Source of the DNA: Flaccisagitta enflata | Lineage: Eukaryota | Direction: 5' to 3' | Length of the DNA stretch: 64,000 nucleotides | NCBI GenBank assembly: GCA_965153355.1 | Contig: OZ231126.1 | Coordinates: forward strand, 16,368,001 to 16,432,000 | Shown here: positions 1 to 61,836 of the stretch, piece by piece | How positions within the stretch are numbered: position 1 is the first letter of the stretch | How the letters are laid out: each line of letters opens with the position of its first letter | Notes under the pieces: generated by a model | Database searches by the model: none | What the model was told of the DNA's origin: nothing | Seen by the model: the letters and a program-made list of their open reading frames with translations, nothing else | Translations under genes and position numbers: made by a program

Positions 1-857
1 ACTTGGTCTCATTTTGAAGATTTGATACAGACCTTTGAAATGGGACCAATCTGAGGTCTACAGCTTTTTTCGTTTAGGAGCAGCACCATTTCAAAGTTGA
101 TACTACTTTTAACAACTGTCGCGTTTCTTTCCGCCAAGATAGTACACGGCAATTCCAATCGCATGCGGATGAGTAGGGGAACTCACTGGGCAGTAAAGAA
201 GGTCACTAGCATATTTTGACATAGTGTTGCCAAGAAACAAGCCCGACCGGGCAACGATGAGTCCTGACTGTGTCCTGACGTGGAGCGAAATTCGCGCTGA
301 TAGTGTGTGACATATGGGTTGACACATGGCATGGATGAACTGACAGACAAACTGCAAAACACGCGTATTGATCGTTTAGTTCAGCAATCAGCATACGATC
401 TCACCTTGGCCATAAACAGCTGAGAAACGCGTTTTTTAACCAAGTGTAACGGACCGACAGACGGACGGACGGACCCACGGACCGACGGACGGACAGACCC
501 TTTTGTAGAGATGCGAGGACGCATTTAAAAACAAGGCCAGATACATGGCAACCAAAGTTGCGCGAGGGTGGGCAGGGAGTGATGAAATAGGCCAAAACGC
601 TCCTGGGCAGGAGCCATGGTACAAAAACTGCCCGTAAATGCAAAAGAAAAAAACGAAGTGTGATGGACCGGCTGATGAACTGAATGACAGGCGGACCAGC
701 TAACTGACATTCCGGGTTATTGAGTCGCGTGCGCATGACTAAAACGTGTGAGTACGATTGCCGGACGGACGGACCGATGAAGTGACTGACCGAATGACCG
801 ACGACCCCATACTGCGGGGTATGGAGGATAGTTCGTAGAAAGACCTGGTTTACTAAC

Positions 858-1043
858 CTCTTCAATTTTCTCGGCGACGGCCTCCTTGGCCTCTTCGGCT
901 TTGGTTTCTGCCGCTTCCGAAGCCTCGTTGACTTTTTCCGAAACGGCTTCCGAGGATTTCTCGACGACTTCCGTCACGGACGTCACAGACTCACTCACCG
1001 CCGTCTCACCAGCAGACGTCACAGTCTCCACTGTCGACTTGAC
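858..1043 (-). CDS. Exon (VKSTVETVTSAGETAVSE...AKEAVAEKIEE) of the acidic, low-complexity, probably helical/disordered protein; gene continues beyond the window start
   Basis: (CT)n tract plus ttgatag acceptor, GAG|gttagt donor; 186 nt, phase 0-0. Confidence 0.85.
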
Positions 1044-1057
1044 CTATCAAAGAGAAG

Positions 1058-1629
<572 letters not shown>

Positions 1630-4357
1630 TCATAGAACATGATTTTGTATTCAATAAACGTTGGAACGTTGTAATATATACATTCTCATCATATAAAACG
1701 ATTATCCAATATCCATCGACGATAAAAAATAGAATATCATGATGAAGCTTAGGGTCCCTCGAGGCGTAGACCTTGGCCGCGTGGCCGCGTGGCGAAAGCA
1801 GTCCATCACTTTGTCATCGAAATTTATAGATTGACGCTTTTTTTTTACACTCTCAAAAAAAAAATTCAAGTGTTGTTTTTTTTTTTTACCATTGATTTCA
1901 TTCAAGCTGTAAGGGAAGATGAAATCTGTATCGGGCCTAGATTAAATAGTTTTAGGCAGGTTAAACTGAAAGTGGAAGCATGACCTAGTTCATGTGTTCA
2001 TCCAAGCACTAAATGAATGAGGAATCTCTCTTACAAAATAAGCGCTTCGTTCTAATGCGAATTCATGACAGAGTGATGGCGGCGGCTGCGGCGGCGGCGA
2101 ATGCGTCGAAGCGAGTCGTGATTTATGGTGTTCATTATGAAATGGATTGCTGTCACTACTACTAAAAGCACAGAGGACAGAGGACGCAACTATGATGTAT
2201 GGGCGGGGACAACGAAAAATGATTTGGTGCGCTCTGTGTGCCAATTTTCATGTCAGAAAGGGGGAAAAAGTCGGGTGTGTGTTGGGGAAGGGAGGGGGGT
2301 TGGAAGGCAGAGAGAATGAAAGAGTTAAACAGGCACAGTTAGGACGAGGAATTGGATGTGGAAGATGGGGAGGGGGAAGTGGAGTGGTGAGGAGGATGAC
2401 AGGATTTGGAGTTGCAAAAGAGTTGGGGGCAAATCGGCTCGTGGAGGAGGGAGAAAGTAGGGTCAAAGGGACGGTGGTCAAAAGGGGAAAGAGGTTTGGA
2501 AATTGGGAGGGTAGAAGAGCTATGTTGGCGTAAGGGATAAAGATTTGGTGTGGTAGTCCGGGGAAATCAGGGTGAAGCTGATAAAAGAGGAGAAGGGGGT
2601 TAAAGGGATACGGTTTGGTTAGAGGAAGGGATGAGGATTAGAAGACGGAAAGTCCAGGTAGAATAGGAGTCAGGAGAGAATGAGTCCATTCATTAAACAA
2701 GAGGCAACACGTTAAAGGTTGTGGGGGTAATGAGAAGAGTGTACATCGTTGGGCAAAAGTGGGGGTCAGTTAAGAGATGGATCAAGAAGGGGACATACAA
2801 ATGAGTAGCCTAAAACATTTGATGTCTAGAAAGGGGAAAAGAGGAGGATGAAGGGTCTATGAAAGAGTATTAGTGTGGGGGAGGGGGAAGGGGAGCCGGG
2901 GCCCGGGGGGGGGGGAGGGGAGGTGCGGTGAAAAGAAGTATTTTTTAAAAAGATTCTTCCAGTGAAAAGGATGAAAGGAAAGAGTGAAAGGGTGATTTAC
3001 AGTTACATAAAAAGCAGCCGGGATTACGCACGAAGAAACACAACCAAATACAAATGATATCACACTAAAGCATCTTTCTCTTTTCTTTTTCCTTTTTTTT
3101 TTCTTATTTGATGGGGATAAAAAGCGATAGAAGGAAGCGTACAAACATTCTACAACAAGGACGGATATATATGAGATCGTTTTGATAGCGATCTTTTAAA
3201 TGGATTCTCATGAGTCTTGTTTCCATTGCTCTACTTTATGATTTAATTTCGTTTAATCATAACGCAGCTCGCCCTGCCATATGCCCTTTTGCAGAGGGCA
3301 GCGTTTAATGTGCCACTGGTGAATATTGGGCAGTTGGCAATGGTTTGTCAATGATTAAAGTTTAAGGATGTTTCGAACTATGAACCAACTAGTTGAGTTA
3401 CTCATACAGTTTGGTGCACGGGTGATAAAAAAGGCACGTTTCAATCACAGGAAAGACAAAGTGTTCATCGAGAGGGGAAAAAGTGTCCGAGTGAAAAAAT
3501 GAACGTAAAAAAAATTCCTTCTACAAGAGCCTAACGAAACAAAGTCTCTAGGAGGAAAGCAGGAAGCAGTTGAAGCAACTGAAGCACTTTAAATGTCGAA
3601 ATACAAGAAGAAAAAAATAAAGAACAAGTTCTTTCTACAGGTCAGTGAAGCATGAAAACCAGTGAAAATATTTGTTATTTGTACTCAGCATTTATACACC
3701 GACACTGATGATACAAACTCGGTTGGGTCGATTTTGTCATTGGCCCAACATCAGGCCTCAACACGTTTAGGAACAACAATTGGTCACATTGACAGAAGCA
3801 ATCAACGCAAATTTGAATGTCTAAAGACTCGAATATGGACGTAAAAAAACAACCAGGACATGACAGTGGTAATGAACAAAATACAGTTTACGAGAAAAAA
3901 AAAAGTATATACAGTATACGTCTTAGAAGAAAGTGCCATGTTTTCGTCAGTTGCTAAAGAGGCTCAAAATTTCCCAGCTGACGTAACATGATTGACGGAA
4001 ACCTTTTTTTTTTTCTTCTCTTATTTTCTTCTTTTGTTCTTCTCAAAAACCCGATCCAGACAAAACCAAGTTCCTCTTTTTTTCCCTTCTATCAAGCAAT
4101 TCTATGCTTTGCTAGTTTTTTGACTGTGTGACGTCATAGAGCTGAGATTTGCATTTAGAAAGTATTGTAATTGACTTAAACGACTTTTTTTTTTCTCCTC
4201 TGTATATTTTTTTCTCTTTATCATTTTTGAGGATCGGAATTTTGAAAATTTGCATTCGTTCCGAATATTTCATATTTTTTGAATCCTTTTTTAATTTTTT
4301 TTCTTTTCAATTAAGTCGACCAAAAGGTGATGTGAGCAGCTGACTGAGCAAATGTAC

Positions 4358-4456
4358 CTCTGATATTATTTTTTGCGATTTGGTCTCCGTTTCCACGGTC
4401 ATTTCTTTCATCGATATCTTAATATCGGAGGCTGCAGTCTCTACGCTCTCTTTCTT
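4358..4456 (-). CDS. Possible cassette exon (KKESVETAASDIKISMKEMTVETETKSQKIISE)
   Basis: 99 nt, phase 0-0, same amino-acid bias as the flanking exons; GAG|gtacat donor; atypical acceptor after C-run/A-run with tactaat upstream. Confidence 0.5.
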
Positions 4457-4504
4457 CTTTTTTTTTTTGGGGGGGGGGTTACCATGAGGGATCATACGAC
4501 ATTA

Positions 4505-4604
<100 letters not shown>

Positions 4605-5282
4605 CAAAAAGAGAGAGACGGAGTGACAAAAAGAAAGATAAAGAGAGTACGACATTAATAAAGAGAGAGACAGTCAGACAGACAGACACAAACATACCAG
4701 GAGAGTAGTGAAAAAGCCAGAGAGACAGAAAATGATAGTTTGGTAGACACAGTTTGGCACGAATCGAAATAGTAAAAGTGAGGAGAAAAAAAAGGATTTG
4801 GACAGAGGAGGAAAACGAGACGGAGTAAAAAAGGAAAAGAGAGAGAGAGAATGAGACAGAAAGAATATGAAAGAGACAGAAAAAATATGAAAGAGACAGA
4901 AAAAATATGAAAGAGACAGACCGCAGGACAGCGAAATGAATAAAGAGGAGAAAATGTCAGGGAAAAAAGATTGACACAATAAAACATGAAAGAATATTTC
5001 AAAGAGCAGGGGAGAGAAAAAAAAAGTCTTTGAAAGGATTGATGGCATCGAAAAATTTTCCGACATATCTTTTTGCATGACGCAAATGAGGGAAAAAATG
5101 CATCTCAATTGCCATTTTCATCTTCAATCTGTCGGTTTTGGTATATTTGTCTGTTTTGGTATATTTGTCCGTAAGTGCGTTTAATTCGATTTGAATCCTT
5201 TAGCAAAGTGTGCAAAGATTGGGATTTTTTCGCACCAACAAAAAAAAAAAAATATTTGTCTGAATTGTCTGAATTCATTAAA

Positions 5283-5897
5283 CACCATCCATCCAAATTA
5301 CCGCCAGGCGGTTTTTAGTATTACTCTGAATTTTCCGCTTGAATTTACTCAGGATGGACTTCCTGAACTAGGATCCAGCTTCAAAGAAATCTTTCTTGTG
5401 GCGCTTTTTGAAAAAAATCCAAAATTGATAATTTTTCATTTTATATTGCACCCAGATTCTAGAGGGTTGTTAGAAAACCTTTTTAGATAGCATATTTGAA
5501 TTCCTGATGAAATTTCCTTTCGTTTGATAGGTCGCACTATATGTTTTTAAAAACAGATCAAATTTTCAATTTTATAGCCACCGTTACATTTTGTAACGGT
5601 GGCTTAGAAATCAAAAATTCTATTTGTTTTCAAAAATATATAGTGCGACCTATCAAATGAAAGGAAATTTTATCAGGAATTCAGATATGCTATCTAAAAA
5701 GATCTTCTAACAACCCTAAAAATTCTGACTTCAAAATAAGAGAAAAAACAATCAATTTTGGATTTTTTTCAAAAGGCGCCACAAGAAAGATTTTTTTGAA
5801 GCTGGATTCTTGTTCAGGAGGTCCATATTGAGTGTAAACAAGCGGAAAATCCAGAGTAATACAGAAAACCACCTGGCGGTAGTTTGAACGGATGGTG
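5283..5897. mobile_element. Fold-back MITE, Chapaev/CMC-like
   Basis: ~300-bp inverted arms, CAC...GTG ends, 4-bp TSD TAAA (5279-5282 and 5898-5901). Confidence 0.85.
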
Positions 5898-6290
5898 TAA
5901 AGGAGATCAAGTAGGATATATGCTCAATTCCACATTCCATTAAATGGCAAACCTAGACTGTCAACTGACTTAAACTTAGATTGAATTAATTTAACAAAGA
6001 TTGATTACTACCTTCACAAAAAATAATCTCCCCACTTGTAGACTTAGACTCGAAAGTTTTCCTAGGTCAGTCAGTAGCTCGATCTTTTGCATGGACCTGC
6101 TCAGCGCTTACAATAATGCACGTTTCAAATTTCAAGGTTCTGGCTCAAATACTTTAGAAGTTATGAGCATTTGTTTGAACCATATCAAACTGAAAAAATT
6201 CCAGGAGAATTTTTAAACTTTCTTTGAAAATACGGCCAGCAGTGAATTTCAACAGAGTCCAAGTTTCTTGAAAAAAAAGTAAAGTTACAG

Positions 6291-6650
6291 GATTTTGGAT
6301 CTAGGCAAATCAAACAATTTCCTATTGATTGCACCCTACTTCTAAAAACAATTTTTCAAAAAAAAAATTTTGTGTTTTTTTTTAAGTCCCCAATGTGCGG
6401 AACAAAAATTTTCAAAGTTTTTTGAAAAAAAAATGAAAATACAAGATTTTGGATCTAGGCAAATCAGAAAATTTCCTATCGATTGCACCCCACTTTTAAA
6501 AACCATTTTTCAAAAAAATATTTTGTGATTTTTTTTCTAAGTCCTCAACGCGTGACACAAAATTTTTTTAAGTTTTTTTGAAAAAAGTGAAAATGCAAGA
6601 TTTTGGATCTAGGCGAATCAAACAATTTCCTATCGATTGCACCCCACTTT
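6291..6650. repeat. ~154-bp tandem repeat, about 2.3 copies
   Basis: gattttggatctaggc.aatca.a.aatttcctat.gattgcaccc at about 6291, 6445 and 6599. Confidence 0.85.
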
Positions 6651-7259
6651 TTTTTTTAGAAAAAAATCCTCATTAAGGGCTTTTTTTTGGGGCCCTTAGG
6701 GGCCCCTAAGACGTTCAAAATTTTGGTTAATGAGATCAACAGAGTTATGTGCATACACCAAGGTATCTTTCAGGACCAAATTAAGGCTGATTAATTAGAC
6801 CTCAAGCTCATGCCGTTAATCCCTCTGGCCCAGCCGCATTTAAAAGAGAAATCGGAAAATTCACCAGGACTCAGATTCCGGATGTAAGGTCAATCTCTAC
6901 CACTTGATAATTACCATCAATAAGAGTGCTGCTCCTAAACGAATGAAGCTATGACAACCAGATTGGTCCCAGCTGTAAGAGTTATTTGAACTCATTAAAA
7001 TGGAACCATCCTGGGGTCAGTAGCTTTGTTTGTTTAGGAGCAGAACATTTTCAAAGTACATGCTTGTTTTGTGGTGGAAAGTTCTTATTTGTGAAGATAG
7101 TAGATAAAAAATGAGTCAGTCGTTCAATTTATATGTCTCATGGAGTCGGTCAATTTTTGGTTGTTATCTTCACTGTAAAGGCTTGTCCGTCCGTCCGTCC
7201 GTCCATCTTTTTTCCTACCTAAGAATCGTCTGTCTTTTCTAGTACGTATTACTTGTTCC

Positions 7260-7349
<90 letters not shown>

Positions 7350-7351
7350 AC

Positions 7352-7404
7352 CAATTCGTTGGCGGCGTTCTCGGCGGTTCCTACGACGCCCGTTTCCGTA
7401 TCCG
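7352..7404 (-). CDS. Exon 2 (ADTETGVVGTAENAANEL)
   Basis: ttttcatttttcag acceptor, TTG|gtgagg donor; GC-rich codons. Confidence 0.8.
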
Positions 7405-7528
7405 CTGAAAAATGAAAATGAAAATCAAAATCAAAATTCAAAGGTGGAAGAAAATATATGCAGATACCGGGCAGGGCCTTAAATGCGATGTGGATGAAAG
7501 TCTGTATAAATGACTGGAACAATAAATG

Positions 7529-7830
7529 AACAAGTCACTCGGGGTCACAATATCGTTGCGGACGGGTGGGCAGGGGTATCCAACCTCGATCCACAGCCAA
7601 CACCCCACCCAACACCCTTTCCAACACAGACACATACACAAAAAGCTTCAAAACGCTCATTTTTTCACTCTTTGACTCATGTTCACGGACGGACGGACGG
7701 ATGGACGGACGGACGGACGGACGGACGGACGGACGGACGGACGGACGGACGGACGGACGGACGGACGGACGGACGGACGGACGGAAGGACGGACAAAGCT
7801 TCTTATAGAGTTGCTAGTCCGCAACTAAAA
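7529..7830 (-). mobile_element. HINE-like element, family D
   Basis: acaagt...ggggtcacaatatcgttgcggacgggtgggcagggg...(GGAC)n...tccgcaactaaaa; copies at about 10529-10729, 25768-26010 and 26408-26630. Confidence 0.65.
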
Positions 7831-8337
7831 ACGAATCACAGTTGGAATGAACGAATGTTAGAAAGATGAAAGATCGATAAATGATTTTATGCAACCAATT
7901 ACAATGGACAGACTGATGGATGCTTATCAAAGCCAACTCTGAATTTCCCTATTGAATGAATGAATGAATGAATGAATGAATGAATGAATGAATGAATGAA
8001 TGAATGAATGAATGAATGATTCAATCAATCAATCAATCAATGAATCAATGAATCAATGAATCAATGAATCAATGAATCAATGAATGGTATGAAAATAATC
8101 AGTGCAGGTAGGCAGTGGCATGGCAATATGCATAAAAAAAAGTTTTTGACCGGCCGTTGGACCAATATACTGAATGACCGACTAGCCGACTGATCAACCG
8201 TCCGACCAACAAATCGAAAAGTGGCTTTTTGAGTGGCGTAAACGCGACAAATAATAATAACTTGACATTTCATTATCAATTCAAAGAGAAAGAAAGAGAG
8301 AGAGAAAGAGAGAAAATTGGACAGGAGTTCAACTCAC

Positions 8338-8341
8338 CCAT
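8338..8341 (-). CDS. First coding exon (ATG G) of the minus-strand acidic protein gene
   Basis: ttcaaaATGG|gtgagt: good start context plus consensus donor; phase 1 matches exon 7352-7404. Confidence 0.75.
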
Positions 8342-9693
8342 TTTGAAATTATAGTATGAATAAATTCCTTTCGCGAAGTAAAACACAAAAAACTTTTTTA
8401 AGTTTCTATCGTATTTTTGTAAATGTTCACAAAAGTCACTTTAATTTAATATCCGTGAGAATGTGTGTTTATATCCAAAAAAATTTAGATGAGAAGGACG
8501 TTGTCGAAAAAAACGTATATATGGAGATTGAGAGAGAGAGACGTAGAGAGGGAGAGAGAGAGAAAGGGCGAGACACAAAATGAGAGAGACGGAGAGACTG
8601 AAAAAAGGAGAGAGAAAGTGAATTTGGTCGTCGTTGAGGGAGAACTGATCCACGTCTAGAAAAGAAAAAAAAAGAGCGAGAGGGAAAATATTAGAGGAGG
8701 GGAAAAAATGAAAGAGTGTTGTTATGATTTTATGATTGTGTATATGTTTTTGCATAAAATGGAAATTTCGAATGAATAGACTTAATCTATTTATGAGCGC
8801 ATGCGTTTTATGTATCGATCCATTCCGTTTTTGACCGTTTACAATTATGCAACGATTATTCTAATGTAATCCTTTGATGTTTTTTTTTCTTTTTCAGATC
8901 CAATTCAACGTGTGGATGGACGGATGGATGGAAGAATGGATGGATGGATGAATGGATGGATGGATGGATGGATGGATTGATGGATGGATGGATGGATGAA
9001 TAAATGGATGGATAATTGGATGGATGGACGGATGCATTGATAGATGGATAAATGGATGGATGGATGGAAGATGGATGGATGGATGGATGGATGGATGGAT
9101 GGATGGATGGATGGATGGATGGATGGATGGATGGATGGATGGATGGATGGATGGATGGATGGATAGATGGATGGATGGATGGATGGATGGATGGATGGAT
9201 GGATGGATTGATGGATGAACGCATAGATGTATCACTGTATATATGCATTCGTGGGTGATCATTTCTTCTGTAATCCTTTCTTTCTCTTCCCTTTTGTCTT
9301 TCTTTTCTTTCTTTCTTTTTTTTTTCCTCATCTAATTCAACGTGTGTTTTAGAACCTCCGCGTAATTCACATCAAAAGAAAAAGTAGAAAGAAAAAAAAA
9401 GAAGGATAAGCTGGGAAATTATTTTTCCCCAACTTTTTAACTCTTCCCGCTTTTGGAAGAGGGTTTTTTTTTTCAAAAAACAGAGGTAGAAAAAAAAATT
9501 GTGTGTCTTTTTTTTTTTTAATCCTTCGATATCGAGACCGCAGCGGCGATTTTATTCGTTCTTTTAATTCTTTCTTTCCTTCTTTCTTTCTCTCTTTTTT
9601 TTTCTCTTTCCTTTCTTTTCTTTTTACTCCTTTTCTCTTCGATCCGTTTTTCGCGGCTCCTGAAAATTACGGAATGAAAAATTCTAATTGAAT

Positions 9694-9800
<107 letters not shown>

Positions 9801-9840
9801 ATGAGAGACCTCGCCCTGTGACGGGGGTTTGGCTGGGCTG

Positions 9841-9930
<90 letters not shown>

Positions 9931-9939
9931 CGGCTGCAG

Positions 9940-10013
9940 TGTCTGGAATGGGTCTGGCCTCCCAACGGGGCCATGGCCCATGAGCAGGGGTGGGGCTGTG
10001 AATGCTTTCGGGG
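9940..10013 (+). CDS. Probable upstream exon of the microexon gene (VWNGSGLPTGPWPMSRGGAVNAFG)
   Basis: ctgcag acceptor and gtatgg donor; GC-rich unique island between (AG)n runs; open and in phase with exon 10270-10297. Confidence 0.45.
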
Positions 10014-10269
10014 GTATGGCATGAGGGGGTTTTCAAACCCTGTCCAAATATGCCTTAAGAATTTTATCGTTGTCGGACTGTCTGTCTGTCTAGCTGTCTG
10101 TCGTCCCGTCTTTACGTCGATCTGTTTGTCTGTCGTTCTGTCTTTCAGATGGACTCTTGCTTTTCTGTCAGAGTGTTTGTACATGTTTTTCTGGGTGTCT
10201 GACTGTGTTTGTCCGTCTCACCGCCGACAGAATAAGTCCTCGTCTCCCCCCCCCTCCCAATCCTTCCAG

Positions 10270-58348
<48,079 letters not shown>

Positions 58349-58546
58349 GTATGATTGTTTTCCTTTGTATCATTTCATGACGACATAACTTGAAAAGTTG
58401 TAGAGATAATCATATTCTGAAAAAAGAAAGTGAACGATATTGAAAATATATTTTATGATATGAAACTCCCAAGACAAGCTGTGAGGCAAAATTTGCTAAA
58501 ATGAACTGTTTTTTTTATTTTTTGAGATAAACTGTTTTTCTTTGGA

Positions 58547-58850
58547 TTGCTCTTATTTTTAAACGATTTGACCTACAGACACCAGGTTGGTCTCAAATGA
58601 AAGATAATTTGAAGAAGTTTTAGAAAATAAAAAGAAAGAAACCTATTTGGGAACATATATCATAACAAACATAAAAAAAATGGGATCATTTTTGAAAATC
58701 TAACAAAAGTACCTGCCTATAGTTGATAAATTGTAATCAAAACATCAAATCAGTGCTTACTTTTGAGAAAACCTTAAAACTACATCAAATTATCTTTCAT
58801 TTGAGACCAATCTGGCATCTGTAGCTCAAACCGTTTAGAAATGAGAGCAA
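58547..58850. repeat. Inverted-repeat module of a MITE-like family (related sequence at 1-100, 6925-7060, 12900-12965)
   Basis: ttgctc...ggtctcaaatgaaagataatttga versus tcaaattatctttcatttgagacc...gagcaa. Confidence 0.6.
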
Positions 58851-59291
58851 TTTAAAGTGTTTTGAGATTTGGAAGTATTTTTAAGTGACACGAGAAGCAC
58901 CACCGTCTAAGATTTCATCTCAAATTACGCAAGTTACACCTGTTTGAATATACAAAGAATGTCCGCTTAAATATGTGGGAGGTGTTAAAATGGAAGATCA
59001 TGGTTTGTCTTATGTTGATCCCGCTGTTTCAAACACAAGTCGGCGTCATTTTTATGCATGAATTTTGGTTTTCTTCCGGCGAAAACGCAAAAAAATATAA
59101 AGATGTAAAAATCATTAAAAAAGGGAAAGTGCAAGGAACTTTATAAAAGGTCGACTGTAAGTAGGTCCGTCTGCGGGTAGATTTGTTAGTCCAATTCTTT
59201 TTGATGGCGAAATTTGGGTAAAATTTAGATTGTTTACTTAAAACTACCCCTGCCTACGATGTTCTTGCTATTACTGCTACTGTTGCGATAG

Positions 59292-59414
<123 letters not shown>

Positions 59415-59418
59415 TTTT

Positions 59419-59503
<85 letters not shown>

Positions 59504-59831
59504 CTTTGTTTTATTAAAAAGAAGGAGTAAGCAGTAGAAAAAAAGTGAGGAAAGAAAAAGCCAGAAGGAGGAGGAGAAAAAGAAAGGAGTTTAACGAATG
59601 AAAGCGAAAAAGAAGAAGTAATCCAGGATGTCAAAGGCAGATTTGGTGCCATGACTCATATTCATCGCGTGCTGCGCGCCTTACATAAATTTCCCCATTG
59701 CTTAAATCCCATTTTAAAAGCCCCTTTTCCACTCAGTTTTCCGTTGGTCTTTCTTTATGGCTCTCCCTTCGTCAGTGTCAGCCATGTTGGTGTAGCTGTT
59801 GATTGAATTTTGGTCTACAGTTTTGTTGTTA

Positions 59832-60254
59832 CATGCTTTTCATTTTACAAGAACATGTATTTTTAAAGTCAGCCTCAGCGTTCTTATTTTCAACCCTTTT
59901 TTGAGGCTCAAGTGTTCTTAACATGTTCTTATTTTCAAATTAGATAATCTCTTTGATTATATATCTTTGTTAATATAAAAGTTTGTTTTTTAAGCAAATG
60001 TAAAAAAAAAACATTTTCATTGAATAAAAAGAAATATAAGATCAATATTTAAGAAATAATGAATTATCATTTTAGAAAGCATCATCAAAATATCCATCGT
60101 TCAGGGTTTTTGATCTAATTTTACTGCTTTTTTAAAAACTTATATTCTTATCTTCAAATCTGAGGCTCAGCATGTTCTTAAGATGTTCTTGTTTTTTGGC
60201 CAAATCTGAGGCTAATGTTCTTATAAACAGTGTTCTTATAAAAAGAAAAGCGTG
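59832..60254. mobile_element. Tc1/mariner-type MITE
   Basis: TA|CATGCTTTTCATTTTACAAGAACA ... TGTTCTTATAAAAAGAAAAGCGTG|TA; internal tgttctta/tgaggct repeats. Confidence 0.7.
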
Positions 60255-60289
60255 TACCGATATTGTCGTTGTAGCCGTTGTTGTTGTTA

Positions 60290-60331
<42 letters not shown>

Positions 60332-60334
60332 TCG

Positions 60335-60383
<49 letters not shown>

Positions 60384-60671
60384 CCTTCTTCAGAACCTTC
60401 CATTTCTTTTTCTTTTCTCCCTCTTTCTCTTCGTTTCTTGTCTATTGATTCACGCAACCCCGTTGCTTTGAAAGATGATTCACCAGTTCTAATTCTAGAA
60501 GCTTCCATGTTTTTTTTTTCCTTCTCACCTCCCACATCATTCTGGAGTTAGAACGTCACGTATGAGTCAAGGGAGGCAATCATTGGTCCATTACTCATTC
60601 TCATCGTTGACAAACCCATTGCGATGGGTTGATTTGGGCTTTGGGATCTTTGTTTGAACTATTTGCAACTA

Positions 60672-60980
60672 CAGTCGAGCTTCACTAGAGCGCACCCGCT
60701 AATAAGGCATCCCTCGCTAAATGGCACATTTTCAAAAATCCCAACTTTTTTGCCTTAATTCTATTGTTAAGGAAACCCGTCTATAGCGCACTCGCCTATA
60801 AGGCATATTTCACTAGAAGGCATGAAATAGGTGTGAATTACGGTTTTTCGTGCTCGCTTAGAAGGCAACAAGAAGAAGAAGAAGAAGAAGAAGAAGAAGA
60901 AGAAGAAAAAGAAAAAGAAAAAGAAAAAGAAAAAGAAAAAGAAAAAGAAAAAGAAGAAGAAGAAGAAGAAGAAGAAGAAG

Positions 60981-61059
<79 letters not shown>

Positions 61060-61619
61060 GAAACAACAGGAACAGAAACAACAGGAACAGAAACAACAGG
61101 AACAGAAACAACAGGAACAGAAACAAGGAGAATAAGAAGAACCGAGGTTGCAGAAATCATCAACTTCAAATGACGATGATGACGATACAAAATTGGGAGA
61201 TAGAATGCCGACCACAGCCACGAGTTACCATTCACTATCTAAACTCGATTTTGAATAAGAAGTAAGAAACAGATCGTGACCCATAAAATTGGTAAAATTC
61301 TTGGCCTTGATTTTAGACAAAAATTTGTTTGCATTTCTCACATGCTGCGTTCATCCACCCTTTGTTTGTCTAACGGTCCGTCACTTGGCATCTTACAATT
61401 TGCAGGTTGCACTTTATGTTTATCATTCGGTCTCTCTCACCTCTTTGTTTCTAAGTAGTATGTATGTAATTTTCCTAACACATGGCATGACAATCTGACA
61501 AGAGAGAAACAATTATCAATCTAAACCATAGAGAAAGTCATACTTGGCAATAAGGCATCCCGCCTTGAAGGCATAAAATGAGTCAGTCCCTTCAAATGCC
61601 TTCTAGTGAAGCTTAACTG
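60672..61619. mobile_element. pogo/Tigger-like MITE with an internal microsatellite block
   Basis: TA|CAGTCGAGCTTCACTAGA ... TCTAGTGAAGCTTAACTG|TA; subterminal aaggca repeats. Confidence 0.8.
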
Positions 61620-61836
61620 TATTATAGGAAGTACCTCACTTATTCAGTGATTCGGCGAATTCAACGATTGTTGGTTTCATTTACATCACACTGCGCAGGG
61701 ATGAGTGATCACCCTTACGATGGCACACAGCTCTTTAGTTTAGACGATCAGTGTGTAGCGTGTACTAATTTTGGCCAGATAAAAAATCCTCCGTTCAGCA
61801 ATTTTTAGTCGCGTGCTACGCGACTCTACACCCCGC

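Noticed and set aside
2120-2900. Purine-skewed unique sequence (also 28440-29200) as a LINE/Penelope fragment
   Set aside because: No RT or endonuclease motifs or sustained ORF recognisable on either strand.
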